The notes under the pieces: model-generated
What the model was told of the DNA's origin: nothing
Database searches by the model: none
The model's input: the letters and a program-made list of their open reading frames with translations, nothing else
Part shown: one piece after another, positions 15,001-30,000 of the stretch
Numbering within the stretch: position 1 is the stretch's first letter
Layout of the letters: every line of letters starts with the position of its first letter
Position numbers and translations under genes: made by a program
From: Squalus acanthias
Taxonomy: Eukaryota
Direction of reading: 5' to 3'
DNA length: 64,000 nt
NCBI GenBank assembly: GCA_030390025.1
Contig: CM059432.1
Coordinates: 26,786,001-26,850,000 of the forward strand

Positions 15001-18000
15001 TGACAGGCACAGTTAAATAGACATTGACAGACACAGTTAAATAGAACATTGACAGGCACAGTTAAATAGAACATTGACAGGCACAGTTAAATAGAACATT
15101 GACAGACACAGTTAAATAGAACATTGACAGACACAGTTAAATAGAACATTGACAGACACAGTTAAATAGACATTGACAGACACAGTTAAATAGAACATTG
15201 ACAGACACAGTTAAATAGAACATTGACAGACACAGTTAAATAGAACATTGACAGCACAGTTAAATAGAACATTGACAGACACAGTTAAATAGAACATTGA
15301 CAGACACAGTTAAATAGAACATTGACAGACACAGTTAAATAGAACATTGACAGGCACAGTTAAATAGAACATTGACAGACACAGTTAAATAGAACATTGA
15401 CAGGCACAGTTAAATAGAACATTGACAGACACAGTTAAATAGAACATTGACAGACACAGTTAAATAGAACATTGACAGACACAGTTAAATAGAACATTGA
15501 CAGACACAGTTAAATAGAACATTGACAGACACAGTTAAATAGAACATTGACAGACACAGTTAAATAGATCATTGACAGCCACAGTTAAATAGAACATTGA
15601 CAGACACAGTTAAATAGAACATTGACAGACACAGTTAAATAGAACATTGACAGACACAGTTAAATAGAACATTGACAGACACAGTTAAATAGAACATTGA
15701 CAGGCACAGTTAAATAGAACATTGACAGACACAGTTAAATAGAACATTGACAGGCACAGTTAAATAGAACATTGACAGACACAGTTAAATAGAACATTGA
15801 CAGACACAGTTAAATAGAACATTGACAGACACAGTTAAATAGAACATTGACAGGCACAGTTAAATAGAACATTGACAGACACAGTTAAATAGAACATTGA
15901 CAGACACAGTTAAATAGAACATTGACAGACACAGTTAAATAGAACATTGACAGACACAGTTAAATAGAACATTGACAGACACAGTTAAATAGAACATTGA
16001 CAGACACAGTTAAATAGAACATTGACAGACACATTTAAATAGACCTTTGACAGACAGAGTTAAACGAATCATTGACAGGCACAGTTAAATAGAACATTGA
16101 TCGACACAGTTAAATAGACCTATGACAGACACAGTTAAATAGACCATTGACAGGCCCAGTTAAATAGACCATTGACAGGCACAGTTAAGTAGAACATTGA
16201 CAGGCACAGTTAAGTAGAACATTGACAGGCACAGTTAAATAGAACATTGACAGGCACAGTTAAATAGAACATTGACAGGCACAGTTAAATAGACCATTGA
16301 CAGGCACAGTTAAATAGAACATTGACAGGCACAGTTAAATAGAACATTGACAGACACAGTTAAATAGAACATTGACAGGCACAGTTAAATAGACTTTGAC
16401 AGACACAGTTAAATAGAACATTAACAGGCACAGTTAAATAGAACATTGACAGGCACAGTTAAATAGAACATTGACAGACACAGTTAAATAGAACATTGAC
16501 AGGCACAGTTAAATAGAACATTGACAGGCACAGTTAAATAGACTTTGTCAGACACAGTTAAATAGAACATTAACAGGCACAGTTAAATAGACTTTGACAG
16601 ACACAGTTAAATAGAACATTAACAGGCACAGTTAAATAGAACATTGACAGACATAGTTTAATAGAACATTGTCAGACACAGTGAAATAGAATATTGACAG
16701 ACACAGTTAATCAGAACATTGATAGGCACAGTTAAATAGAACATTGACAGGCACTGTTAAATAGAATATTGATAGGCACAGTTAAATAGAACATTGACAG
16801 ACACAGTTAAATAGAATATTGACAGAAACAGTTAATTAAACATTGACAGACACTGTTAAATGTAACATTGACAGACACAGTTAAATAGAACATTGACAGG
16901 CACAGTGAAATAGATCATTGACAGGCACAGTTATATAGAACATTGACAGGCACAGTTAGATAGAACAATGACTGGCACAGTTAAATAGACCTTTAACAGG
17001 CACAGTTAAATAGAACAATGACTGGCACAGTTAAATAGACCTTTAACAGGCACAGTTAAATAGACCATTGACAGGCACAGTTAAATAGAACATTGACAGA
17101 CACAGTTATATAGAACATTGACAGGCACAGTTAAATAGACTTTTGACAGACGCAGTTAAATGGAACATTGACAGACACAGTTAAATGAAACATTGACAGA
17201 CACAGTTAAATAGAACATGGACAGGCACAGTTAAATAGACGTTTGACAGAACAGTTAAATGGAACATTGACAGACATAGTTAAATAGACGTTTGACAAGC
17301 ACAGTTAAATAGAACATTGATAGGCACAGTTAAATAGATCATTGACAGGCAAATTTAAATAGACCATTGATAGGCACAGTTAAATAGAAAAATGACAGGC
17401 TCAGTTAAATAGACCTTTGACAGACAGAGTTAAACGAATCATTGACAGGCACAGTTAAATAGAACATTGATCGACACAGTTAAATAGACCTATGACAGAC
17501 ACAGTTAAATAGACCATTGACAGGCCCAGTTAAATAGACCATTGACAGGCACAGTTAAATAGACTTTGACAGTCACAGTTAAATAGACCTTTGACAGGCA
17601 CAGTTAAATGAATCATTGACAGGCACAGTTAAATAGAACATTGACAGGCACAGTTAAATAGAACATTGACAGGCACAGTTAAATAGAACATTGACAGACA
17701 CAGTTAAATAGAACATTGACAGACACAGTTAAATAGAACATTGACAGGCACAGTTAAATAGAACATTGACAGGCACAGTTAAATAGAACATTGACAGACA
17801 CAGTTAAATAGAACATTGACAGGCACAGTTAAATAGAACATTGACAGGCACAGTTAAATAGAACATTGACAGACACAGTTAAATAGAACATTGACAGACA
17901 CAGTTAAATAGAACATTGACAGACACAGTTAAATAGAACATTGACAGGCACAGTTAAATAGAACATTGACAGGCACAGTTAAATAGAACATTGACAGACA

Positions 18001-21000
18001 CAGTTAAATAGAACATTGACAGACACAGTTAAATAGAACATTGACAGACACAGTTAAATAGAACATTGACAGACACAGTTAAATAGAACATTGACAGACA
18101 CAGTTAAATAGAACATTGACAGGCACAGTTAAATAGAACATTGACAGACACAGTTAAATAGAACATTGACAGGCACAGTTAAATAGAACATTGACAGACA
18201 CAGTTAAATAGAACATTGACAGGCACAGTTAAATAGAACATTGACAGACACAGTTAAATAGAACATTGACAGGCACAGTTAAATAGAACATTGACAGACA
18301 CAGTTAAATAGAACATTGACAGACACAGTTAAATAGATCATTGACAGGCTCAGTTAAATGAATCATTGACAGGCACAGTTAAATAGAACATTGACAGGCA
18401 CAGTTAAATAGAACATTGACAGGCACAGTTAAATAGAACATTGACAGACACAGTTAAATAGAACATTGACAGACACAGTTAAATAGAACATTGACAGGCA
18501 CAGTTAAATAGAACATTGACAGGCACAGTTAAATAGAACATTGACAGACACAGTTAAATAGAACATTGACAGGCACAGTTAAATGGAACATTGACAGGCA
18601 CAGTTAAATAGACCTTTGACAGGCACAGTTAAATAGAACATTGACAGGCACAGTTAAATAGAACATTGACAGACACAGTTAAATAGATCATTGACAGACA
18701 CAGTTAAATAGAACATTGACAGACACAGTTAAATAGACATTGTCAGGCACAGTTAAATAGAACATTGACAGTCACAGTTAAATAGAACATTGACAGGCAC
18801 AGTTAAATAGAACATTGACAGGCACAGTTAAATAGATCATTGACAGACACAGTTAAATAGAACATTGACAGGCACAGTTAAATAGAACATTGACAGACAC
18901 AGTTAAATAGAACATTGACAGACACAGTTAAATAGAACATTGACAGACACAGTTAAATAGAACATTGAAAGCACAGTTAAATAGACCTTTGACAGGCACA
19001 GTTAAATAGAACATTGACAGCACAGTTAAATAGAACATTGACAGGCACAGTTAAATAGAACATTGACAGGCACAGTTAAATAGAACATTGACAGGCACAG
19101 TTAAATAGAACATTGACAGGCACAGTTAAATAGAACATTGACAGGCACAGTTAAATAGAACATTGACAGGCACAGTTAAATAGAACATTGACAGGCACAG
19201 TTAAATAGAACATTGACAGGCACAGTTAAATAGAACATTGACAGACACAGTTAAATAGAACATTGACAGGCACAGTTAAATAGACATTGACAGACACAGT
19301 TAAATAGAACATTGACAGACACAGTTAAATAGAACATTGACAGGCACAGTTAAATAGAACATTGACAGACACAGTTAAATAGAACATTGACAGGCACAGT
19401 TAAATAGAACATTGACAGGCACAGTTAAATAGAACATTGACAGACACAGTTAAATAGAACATTGACAGGCACAGTTAAATAGACCTTGACAGACACAGTT
19501 AAATAGAACATTAACAGGCACAGTTAAATAGACTTTGACAGACACAGTTAAATAGAACATTGACAGGCACAGTTAAATAGACTTTGACAGACACAGTTAA
19601 ATAGAACATTGACAGTCACAGTTAAATAGAATATTGACAGGTACAGTTAAATAGAACATTGACAGGCACAGTTAAACAGAATATTGACAGACACAGTTAA
19701 ATGAATCATTGACAGACACAGTTAAATAGAACATTGACAGGCACAGTTAATGGAACACTGACAGACACAGTTAAATAGAACATTGACAGACACAGTTAAA
19801 TAGAATATTGACAGGCAAAGTTAAATAGAAAATAGAACATTCCAGCTTCCTCAGTATTTTGCTATCGTAAAGTTAAATAGAACATTGACAGACACGGTTA
19901 AATAGAATATTGACAGGCACAGTTAAATAGAACATTGACAGACACAGTTAAATAGAACATTGACAGACACAGTTAAATAGAAAATTGACAGACACAGTTA
20001 AATAGAATACTGACAGACACAGTTAAATAGAATATTCACAGACACAGTTAAATGTATCATTGACAGACACAGTTAAATAGAACATTGACAGGCACAGTTA
20101 AATAGAACATTGACAGACACAGTTAAATAGAACATTGACAGACACAGTTAAATAGAACATTGACAGACACAGTTAAATAGAACATTGACAGACACAGTTA
20201 AATAGAACATTGACAGGCACAGTTAAATAGAACATTGACAGACACAGTTAAATAGAACATTGACAGACACAGTTAAATAGAACATTGACAGGCACAGTTA
20301 AATAGAACATTGACAGACACAGTTAAATAGAACATTGACAGACACAGTTAAATAGAACATTGACAGACACAGTTAAATAGAACATTGACAGGCACAGTTA
20401 AATAGAACATTGACAGGCACAGTTAAATAGAACATTGACAGGCACAGTTAAATAGAACATTGACAGACACAGTTAAATAGAACATTGACAGGCACAGTTA
20501 AATAGAACATTGACAGACACAGTTAAATAGAACATTGACAGGCACAGTTAAATAGAACATTGACAGGCACAGTTAAATAGAACATTGACAGACACAGTTA
20601 AATAGAACATTGACAGGCACAGTTAAATAGAACATTGACAGGCACAGTTAAATAGAACATTGACAGACACAGTTAAATAGAACATTGACAGGCACAGTTA
20701 AATAGAACATTGACAGACACAGTTAAATAGAACATTGACAGACACAGTTAAATAGAACATTGACAGACACAGTTAAATAGAACATTGACAGACACAGTTA
20801 AATAGAACATTGACAGACACAGTTAAATAGAACATTGACAGACACAGTTAAATAGAACATTGACAGACACAGTTAAATAGAACATTGACAGACACAGTTA
20901 AATAGAACATTGACAGACACAGTTAAATAGAACATTGACAGACACAGTTAAATAGAACATTGACAGACACAGTTAAATAGAACATTGACAGACACAGTTA

Positions 21001-24000
21001 AATAGAACATTGACAGGCACAGTTAAATAGAACATTGACAGACACAGTTAAATAGAACATTGACAGGCACAGTTAAATAGAACATTGACAGACACAGTTA
21101 AATAGAACATTGACAGACACAGTTAAATAGAACATTGACAGACACAGTTAAATAGAACATTGACAGGCACAGTTAAATAGAACATTGACAGGCACAGTTA
21201 AATAGAACATTGACAGACACAGTTAAATAGAACATTGACAGACACAGTTAAATAGACATTGACAGACACAGTTAAATAGAACATTGACAGGCACAGTTAA
21301 ATAGACATTGACAGACACAGTTAAATAGAACATTGACAGGCACAGTTAAATAGAACATTGACAGACACAGTTAAATAGAACATTGACAGACACAGTTAAA
21401 TAGACATTGACAGACACAGTTAAATAGAACATTGACAGGCACAGTTAAATAGAACATTGACAGGCACAGTTAAATAGAACATTGACAGGCACAGTTAAAT
21501 AGAACATTGACAGACACAGTTAAATAGAACATTGACAGACACAGTTAAATAGAACATTGACAGGCACAGTTAAATAGAACATTGACAGGCACAGTTAAAT
21601 AGAACATTGACAGGCACAGTTAAATAGAACATTGACAGGCACAGTTAAATAGAACATTGACAGGCACAGTTAAATAGAACATTGACAGGCACAGTTAAAT
21701 AGATCATTGACAGACACAGTTAAATAGAACATTGACAGACACAGTTAAATAGACATTGACAGGCACAGTTAAATAGAACATTGACAGGCACAGTTAAATA
21801 GAACATTGACAGGCACAGTTAAATAGAACATTGACAGGCACAGTTAAATAGATCATTGACAGACACAGTTAAATAGAACATTGACAGACACAGTTAAATA
21901 GATCATTGACAGGCACAGTTAAATAGAACATTGACAGGCACAGTTAAATAGAACATTGACAGGCACAGTTAAATAGAACATTGACAGACACAGTTAAATA
22001 GAACATTGACAGGCACAGTTAAATAGAACATTGACAGACACAGTTAAATAGACATTGACAGGCACAGTTAAATAGAACATTGACAGGCACAGTTAAATAG
22101 AACATTGACAGACACAGTTAAATAGATCATTGACAGGCACAGTTAAATAGAACATTGACAGGCACAGTTAAATAGAACATTGACAGACACAGTTAAATAG
22201 AACATTGACAGGCACAGTTAAATAGAACATTGACAGACACAGTTAAATAGAACATTGACAGACACAGTTAAATAGAACATTGACAGGCACAGTTAAATAG
22301 AACATTGACAGGCACAGTTAAATAGACATTGACAGGCACAGTTAAATAGAACATTGACAGGCACTGTTAAATAGACATTGACAGGCACAGTTAAATAGAA
22401 CATTGACAGGCACAGTTAAATAGAACATTGACAGGCACAGTTAAATAGAACATTGACAGACACAGTTAAATAGAACATTGACAGGCACAGTTAAATAGAA
22501 CATTGACAGACACAGTTAAATAGAACATTGACAGGCACAGTTAAATAGATCATTGACAGACACAGTTAAATAGAACATTGACAGACACAGTTAAATAGAA
22601 CATTGACAGGCACAGTTAAATAGATCATTGACAGGCACAGTTAAATAGAACATTGACAAGCACAGTTAAATAGAACATTGACAGGCACAGTTAAATAGAA
22701 CATTGACAGGCACAGTTAAATAGACCATTGACAGACACAGTTAAATAGAACTTTGACAGGCACAGTTAAATAGAACATTGACAGGCACAGTTAAATAGAA
22801 CATTGACAGGCACAGTTAAATAGAACATTGACAGGCACAGTTAAATAGATCATTGACAGACAGAGTTAAATAGATCATTGACAGACACAGTTAAATAGAC
22901 ATTGACAGCACAGTTAAATAGACATTGACAGGCACAGTTAATAGAACATTGACAGACACTGTTAAATAGAACATTGACAGGCACAGTTAAATAGAACATT
23001 GACAGAACAGTTAAATAGAACATTGATAGCACAGTTAAATAGATCATTGACAGGCCCAGTTAAATAGACCATTGACAGGCACAGTTAAATAGATCATTGA
23101 CAGGCCCAGTTAAATAGAACATTCACAGACACAGTTAAATCGAACATTGACAGACACAGATTAATAGACCATTGACAGGAATAGTTAAATAGAACATTGA
23201 CAAGCACAGTTAAACAGACCTTTGACAGGGAATGTTAAATAGACCATTGACAGGCACAGTTAAATAGAACATTGACAGGCACAGTTAAAAAGAACATTGA
23301 CAAGCACAGTTAAATAGACCTTTGACAGGCACAGTTAAATAGATCATTGACAAATCAGTTAAATAGATCATTGACAGGCACATTTATATTGGCCTTTGAG
23401 AGGCACAGTTAAATAGATCATTGACAGACACAGTTAAATAGATCAGTGACAGGCACAGTTAAGTGGAACATTGACAGACACTGTTAAAGAGACCATTGAC
23501 AGGCACAGTTAAATAGAACATTGACAGGCACAGTTAAATAGATCATTTTCAGACACAGTTAAATAGACCTTTGACAGGCCCAGTTAAGTGGAACATTGAC
23601 AGACACTGTTAAATAGACCATTGACAGGCACAGTTAAATAGAACATTGACAGACACAGTTAAAAAGAACATTGATAAGCACAGTTAAATAGATCATTGAC
23701 AGGCCCAGTTAAATACAACATTGACAAGCACAGTTAAATAGAACATTGACAGGCACAGTTAAATAGATCATTGACAGACACAGTTAAATAGAATATTGAC
23801 AGACACAGTTAAACAGAACATTGATAGGCACAGTTAAATAGAACATTGACAGACACAGTTAAATAGAACATTGACAGGCACAGTTAAATGGAACATTGAC
23901 AGGCACAGTTAAATAGACCTTTGACAGGCACAGTTAAATAGAACATTGACAGGCACAGTTAAATAGAACATTGACAGGCACAGTTAAATAGATCATTGAC

Positions 24001-27000
24001 AGACACAGTTAAATAGAACATTGACAGACACAGTTAAATAGACTTTGTCAGGCACAGTTAAATAGAACATTGACAGACACAGTTAAATAGAACATTGACA
24101 GGCACAGTTAAATAGAACTTTGACAGACACAGTTAAATAGAACATTGACAGACACAGTTAAATAGAACATTGACAGACACAGTTAAATAGAACATTGACA
24201 GACACAGTTAAATAGAACATTGACAGACACAGTTAAATAGAACATTGACAGGCACAGTTAAATAGATCATTGACAGACACAGTTAAATAGAACATTGACA
24301 GGCACAGTTAAATAGAACATTGACAGACACAGTTAAATAGAACATTGACAGACACAGTTAAATAGAACATTGACAGGCACAGTTAAATAGAACATTGACA
24401 GGCACAGTTAAATAGAACATTGACAGGCACAGTTAAATAGAACATTGACAGGCACAGTTAAATAGAACATTGACAGGCACAGTTAAATAGAACATTGACA
24501 GACACAGTTAAATAGAACATTGACAGCACAGTTAAATAGAACATTGACAGACACAGTTAAATAGAACATTGACAGGCACAGTTAAATAGAACATTGACAG
24601 GCACAGTTAAATAGACCATTGACAGGCACAGTTAAATAGAACATTGACAGGCACAGTTAAATAGAACATTGACAGACACAGTTAAATAGAACATTGACAG
24701 GCACAGTTAAATAGACTTTGACAGATACAGTTAAATAGAACATTAACAGGCACAGTTAAATAGAACATTTACAGGCACAGTTAAATAGAACATTGACAGA
24801 CAAAGTTAAATAGACCTTTGACAGGCACAGTTAAATAGAACATTGACAGACACAGTTAAATAGACTTTGTCAGGCACAGTTAAATAGAACATTGACAGGC
24901 ACAGTTAAATAGAACATTGACAGGCACAGTTAAATAGATCTTTGACAGGCACAGTTAAATCGAACATTGACAGGCACTGTTAAATAGACTTTGTCAGGCA
25001 CAGTTAAATAGAACATTGTCAGGCACAGTTAAATAGAACATTGACAGACACAGTTAAATAGAACAGTGACAGACACAGTTAAATAGAACATTGACAGGCA
25101 CAGTTAAATAGAACATTGACAGGCACAGTTAAATAGAACTTTGACAGACACAGTTAAATAGAACATTGACAGGCACTGTTAAATAGACTTTGTCAGGCAC
25201 AGTTAAATAGAACATTGACAGGCACAGTTAAATAGAACATTGACAGGCACAGTTAAATAGAACATTGACAGGCACAGTTAAATAGAACATTGACAGGCAC
25301 AGTTAAATAGAACATTGACAGACACAGTTAAATAGAACATTGACAGGCACAGTTAAATAGATCATTGACAGACACAGTGAAATAGAACATTGACAGGCAC
25401 AGTTAAATAGAACATTGACAGGCACAGTTAAATAGAACATTGACAGGCACAGTTAAATAGAACTTTGACAAGCACAGTTATATAGAACATTGACAGGCAC
25501 AGTTAAATAGACATTGACAGCACAGTTATATAGAACATTGACAGGCACAGTTAAATAGTACATTGACAGACACAGTTAAATAGAACATTGACAGGCACAG
25601 TTAAATAGAACATTGACAGACACAGTTAAATAGAACATTGACAGACACAGTTAAATAGAACATTGACAGACACAGTTAAATAGAACATTGACAGACACAG
25701 TTAAATAGAACATTGACAGACACAGTTAAATAGAACATTGACAGACACAGTTAAATAGAACATTGACAGACACAGTTAAATAGAACATTGACAGACACAG
25801 TTAAATAGAACATTGACAGACACAGTTAAATAGAACATTGACAGACACAGTTAAATAGAACATTGACAGGCACAGTTAAATAGAACATTGACAGACACAG
25901 TTAAATAGAACATTGACAGGCACAGTTAAATAGAACATTGACAGACACAGTTAAATAGAACATTGACAGACACAGTTAAATAGAACATTGACAGACACAG
26001 TTAAATAGAACATTGACAGGCACAGTTAAATAGAACATTGACAGACACAGTTAAATAGAACATTGACAGACACAGTTAAATAGAACATTGACAGACACAG
26101 TTAAATAGAACATTGACAGACACAGTTAAATAGAACATTGACAGACACAGTTAAATAGAACATTGACAGACACAGTTAAATAGAACATTGACAGACACAG
26201 TTAAATAGAACATTGACAGACACAGTTAAATAGAACATTGACAGACACAGTTAAATAGAATATTGACAGCACAGTTAAATAGAACATTGACAGACACAGT
26301 TAAATAGAACATTGACAGACACAGTTAAATAGAACATTGACAGACACAGTTAAATAGAACATTGACAGACACAGTTAAATAGAACATTGACAGGCACAGT
26401 TAAATAGAACATTGACAGACACAGTTAAATAGAACATTGACAGACACAGTTAAATAGAACATTGACAGACACAGTTAAATAGAACATTGACAGACACAGT
26501 TAAATAGAACATTGACAGACACAGTTAAATAGAACATTGACAGACACAGTTAAATAGAACATTGACAGGCACAGTTAAATAGACATTGACAGACACAGTT
26601 AAATAGAACATTGACAGGCACAGTTAAATAGAACATTGACAGACACAGTTAAATAGAACATTGACAGACACAGTTAAATAGACATTGACAGACACAGTTA
26701 AATAGAACATTGACAGACACAGTTAAATAGAACATTGACAGGACACAGTTAAATAGAACATTGACAGGCACAGTTAAATAGAACATTGACAGGCACAGTT
26801 AAATAGAACATTGACAGACACAGTTAAATAGAACATTGACAGACACAGTTAAATAGAACATTGACAGACACAGTTAAATAGAACATTGACAGCACAGTTA
26901 AATAGAACATTGACAGGCACAGTTAAATAGAACATTGACAGACACAGTTAAATAGAACATTGACAGACACAGTTAAATAGAACATTGACAGACACAGTTA

Positions 27001-30000
27001 AATAGAATATTGACAGACACAGTTAAATAGAACATTGACAGACACAGTTAAATAGAACATTGACAGGACACAGTTAAATAGAACATTGACAGGCACAGTT
27101 AAATAGAACATTGACAGGCACAGTTAAATAGAACATTGACAGGCACAGTTAAATAGAACATTGACAGGCACAGTTAAATAGAACATTGACAGGCACAGTT
27201 AAATAGATCATTGACAGACACAGTTAAATAGAACATTGACAGACACAGTTAAATAGACTTTGACAGGCACAGTTAAATAGAACATTGACAGGCACAGTTA
27301 AATAGAACATTGACAGGCACAGTTAAATAGAACTTTGACAGCACAGTTAAAAAAACATTGACAGACACAGTTAAATAGAACATTGACAGACACAGTTAAA
27401 TAGAACATTGACAGGCACAGTTAAATAGAACATTGACAGGCACAGTTAAATAGAACATGACAGGCACAGTTAAATAGAACATTGACAGACACAGTTAAAT
27501 AGAACATTGACAGGCACAGTTAAATAGAACATTGACAGACACAGTTAAATAGAACATTGACAGACACAGTTAAATAGAACATTGACAGGCACAGTTAAAT
27601 AGAACATTGACAGGCACAGTTAAATAGACCTTTGACAGGCACAGTTAAATAGAACATTGACAGGCACTGTTAAATAGACTTTGTCAGGCACAGTTAAATA
27701 GAACATTGACAGGCACAGTTAAGTAGAACATTGACAGGCACAGTTAAATAGAACATTGACAGGCACAGTTAAATAGAACATTGACAGGCACAGTTAAATA
27801 GAACATTGACAGGCACAGTTAAATAGACCATTGACAGGCACAGTTAAATAGAACATTGACAGGCACAGTTAAATAGAACATTGACAGACACAGTTAAATA
27901 GAACATTGACAGGCACAGTTAAATAGACTTTGACAGACACAGTTAAATAGAACATTGACAGGCACAGTTAAATAGAACATTGACAGGCACAGTTAAATAG
28001 AACATTGACAGACACAGTTAAATAGAACATTGACAGGCACAGTTAAATAGAACATTGACAGGCACAGTTAAATAGAACATTGACAGACACAGTTAAATAG
28101 ACTTTGTCAGACACAGTTAAATAGAACATTAACAGGCACAGTTAAATAGACTTTGACAGACACAGTTAAATAGAACATTGACAGGCACAGTTAAATAGAA
28201 CATTGACAGGCACAGTTAAATAGAACATTGACAGACACAGTTAAATAGAACATTGACAGGCACAGTTAAATAGAACATTGACAGACACAGTTAAATAGAA
28301 CATTGACAGGCACAGTTAAATAGACTTTGACAGACACAGTTAAATAGAACATTGACAGGCACAGTTAAATAGACTTTGACAGACACAGTTAAATAGAACA
28401 TTGACAGGCACAGTTAAATAGAACATTGACAGGCACAGTTAAATAGAACATTGACAGACACAGTTAAATAGAACATTGACAGGCACAGTTAAATAGACAT
28501 TGACAGACACAGTTAAATAGAACATTGACAGGCACAGTTAAATAGACATTGACAGACACAGTTAAATAGAACATTGACAGGCACAGTTAAATAGACTTTG
28601 ACAGACACAGTTAACTAGAACATTGACAGGCACAGTTAAATAGACTTTGACAGACACAGTTAAACGAATCATTGACAGGCACAGTTAAATAAAACATTGA
28701 CAGGCCCAGTTAAACAGAGCATTGACAGGCACAGTTAAATAGACCTTTGACAGGCACAGTTAAATAGACTTTGACAGACACAGTTAAATAGACATTGACA
28801 GGAACAGTTAAATAGAACATTGACAGGCACAGTTAAATAGAACATTGACAGGCACAGTTAAATAGAACATTGACAGGCACAGTTAAATGGAACATTGACA
28901 GGCACAGTTAAATAGACCTTTGACAGGCACAGTTAAATAGATCATTGACAGACACAGTTAAATAGAACATTGACAGACACAGTTAAATAGACTTTGTCAG
29001 GCACAGTTAAATAGAACATTGACAGGCACAGTTAAATAGAACATTGACAGGCACAGTTAAATAGACCTTTGACAGGCACAGTTAAATAGATCATCGACAG
29101 ACACAGTTAAATAGAACATTGACAGACACAGTTAAACAGACTTTGTCAGGCACAGATAAATAGAACATTGACAGGCACAGTTAAGTAGAACATTTACAGG
29201 CACAGTTAAATAGAACATTGACAGACAAAGTTAAATAGACCTTTGACAGGCACAGTTAAATAGAACATTGACAGACACAGTTAAATAGACTTTGTCAGGC
29301 ACAGTTAAATAGAACATTGACAGGCACAGTTAAATAGAACATTGACAGGCACAGTTAAATAGATCTTTGACAGGCACAGTTAAATCGAACATTGACAGGC
29401 ACTGTTAAATAGACTTTGTCAGGCACGGTTAAATAGAACATTGTCAGGCACAGTTAAATAGAACATTGACAGACACAGTTAAATAGAACAGTGACAGACA
29501 CAGTTAAATAGAACATTGACAGGCACAGTTAAATAGAACATTGACAGGCACAGTTAAATAGAACATTGACAGGCACAGTTAAATAGAACATTGACAGGCA
29601 CAGTTAAATAGAACATTGACAGACACAGTTAAATAGAACATTGACAGGCACAGTTAAATAGAACATTGACAGACACAGTTAAATAGAACATTGACAGGCA
29701 CAGTTAAATAGAACATTGACAGACACAGTTAAATAGAACATTGACAGACACAGTTAAATAGAACATTGACAGGCACAGTTAAATAGAACATTGACAGACA
29801 CAGTTAAATAGAACATTGACAGACACAGTTAAATAGATCATTGACAGGCACAGTTAAATAGAACATTGACAGGCACAGTTAAATAGAACATTGACAGGCA
29901 CAGTTAAATAGAACATTGACAGGCACAGTTAAATAGAACATTGACAGACACAGTTAAATAGAACATTGACAGACACAGTTAAATAGAACATTGACAGGCA

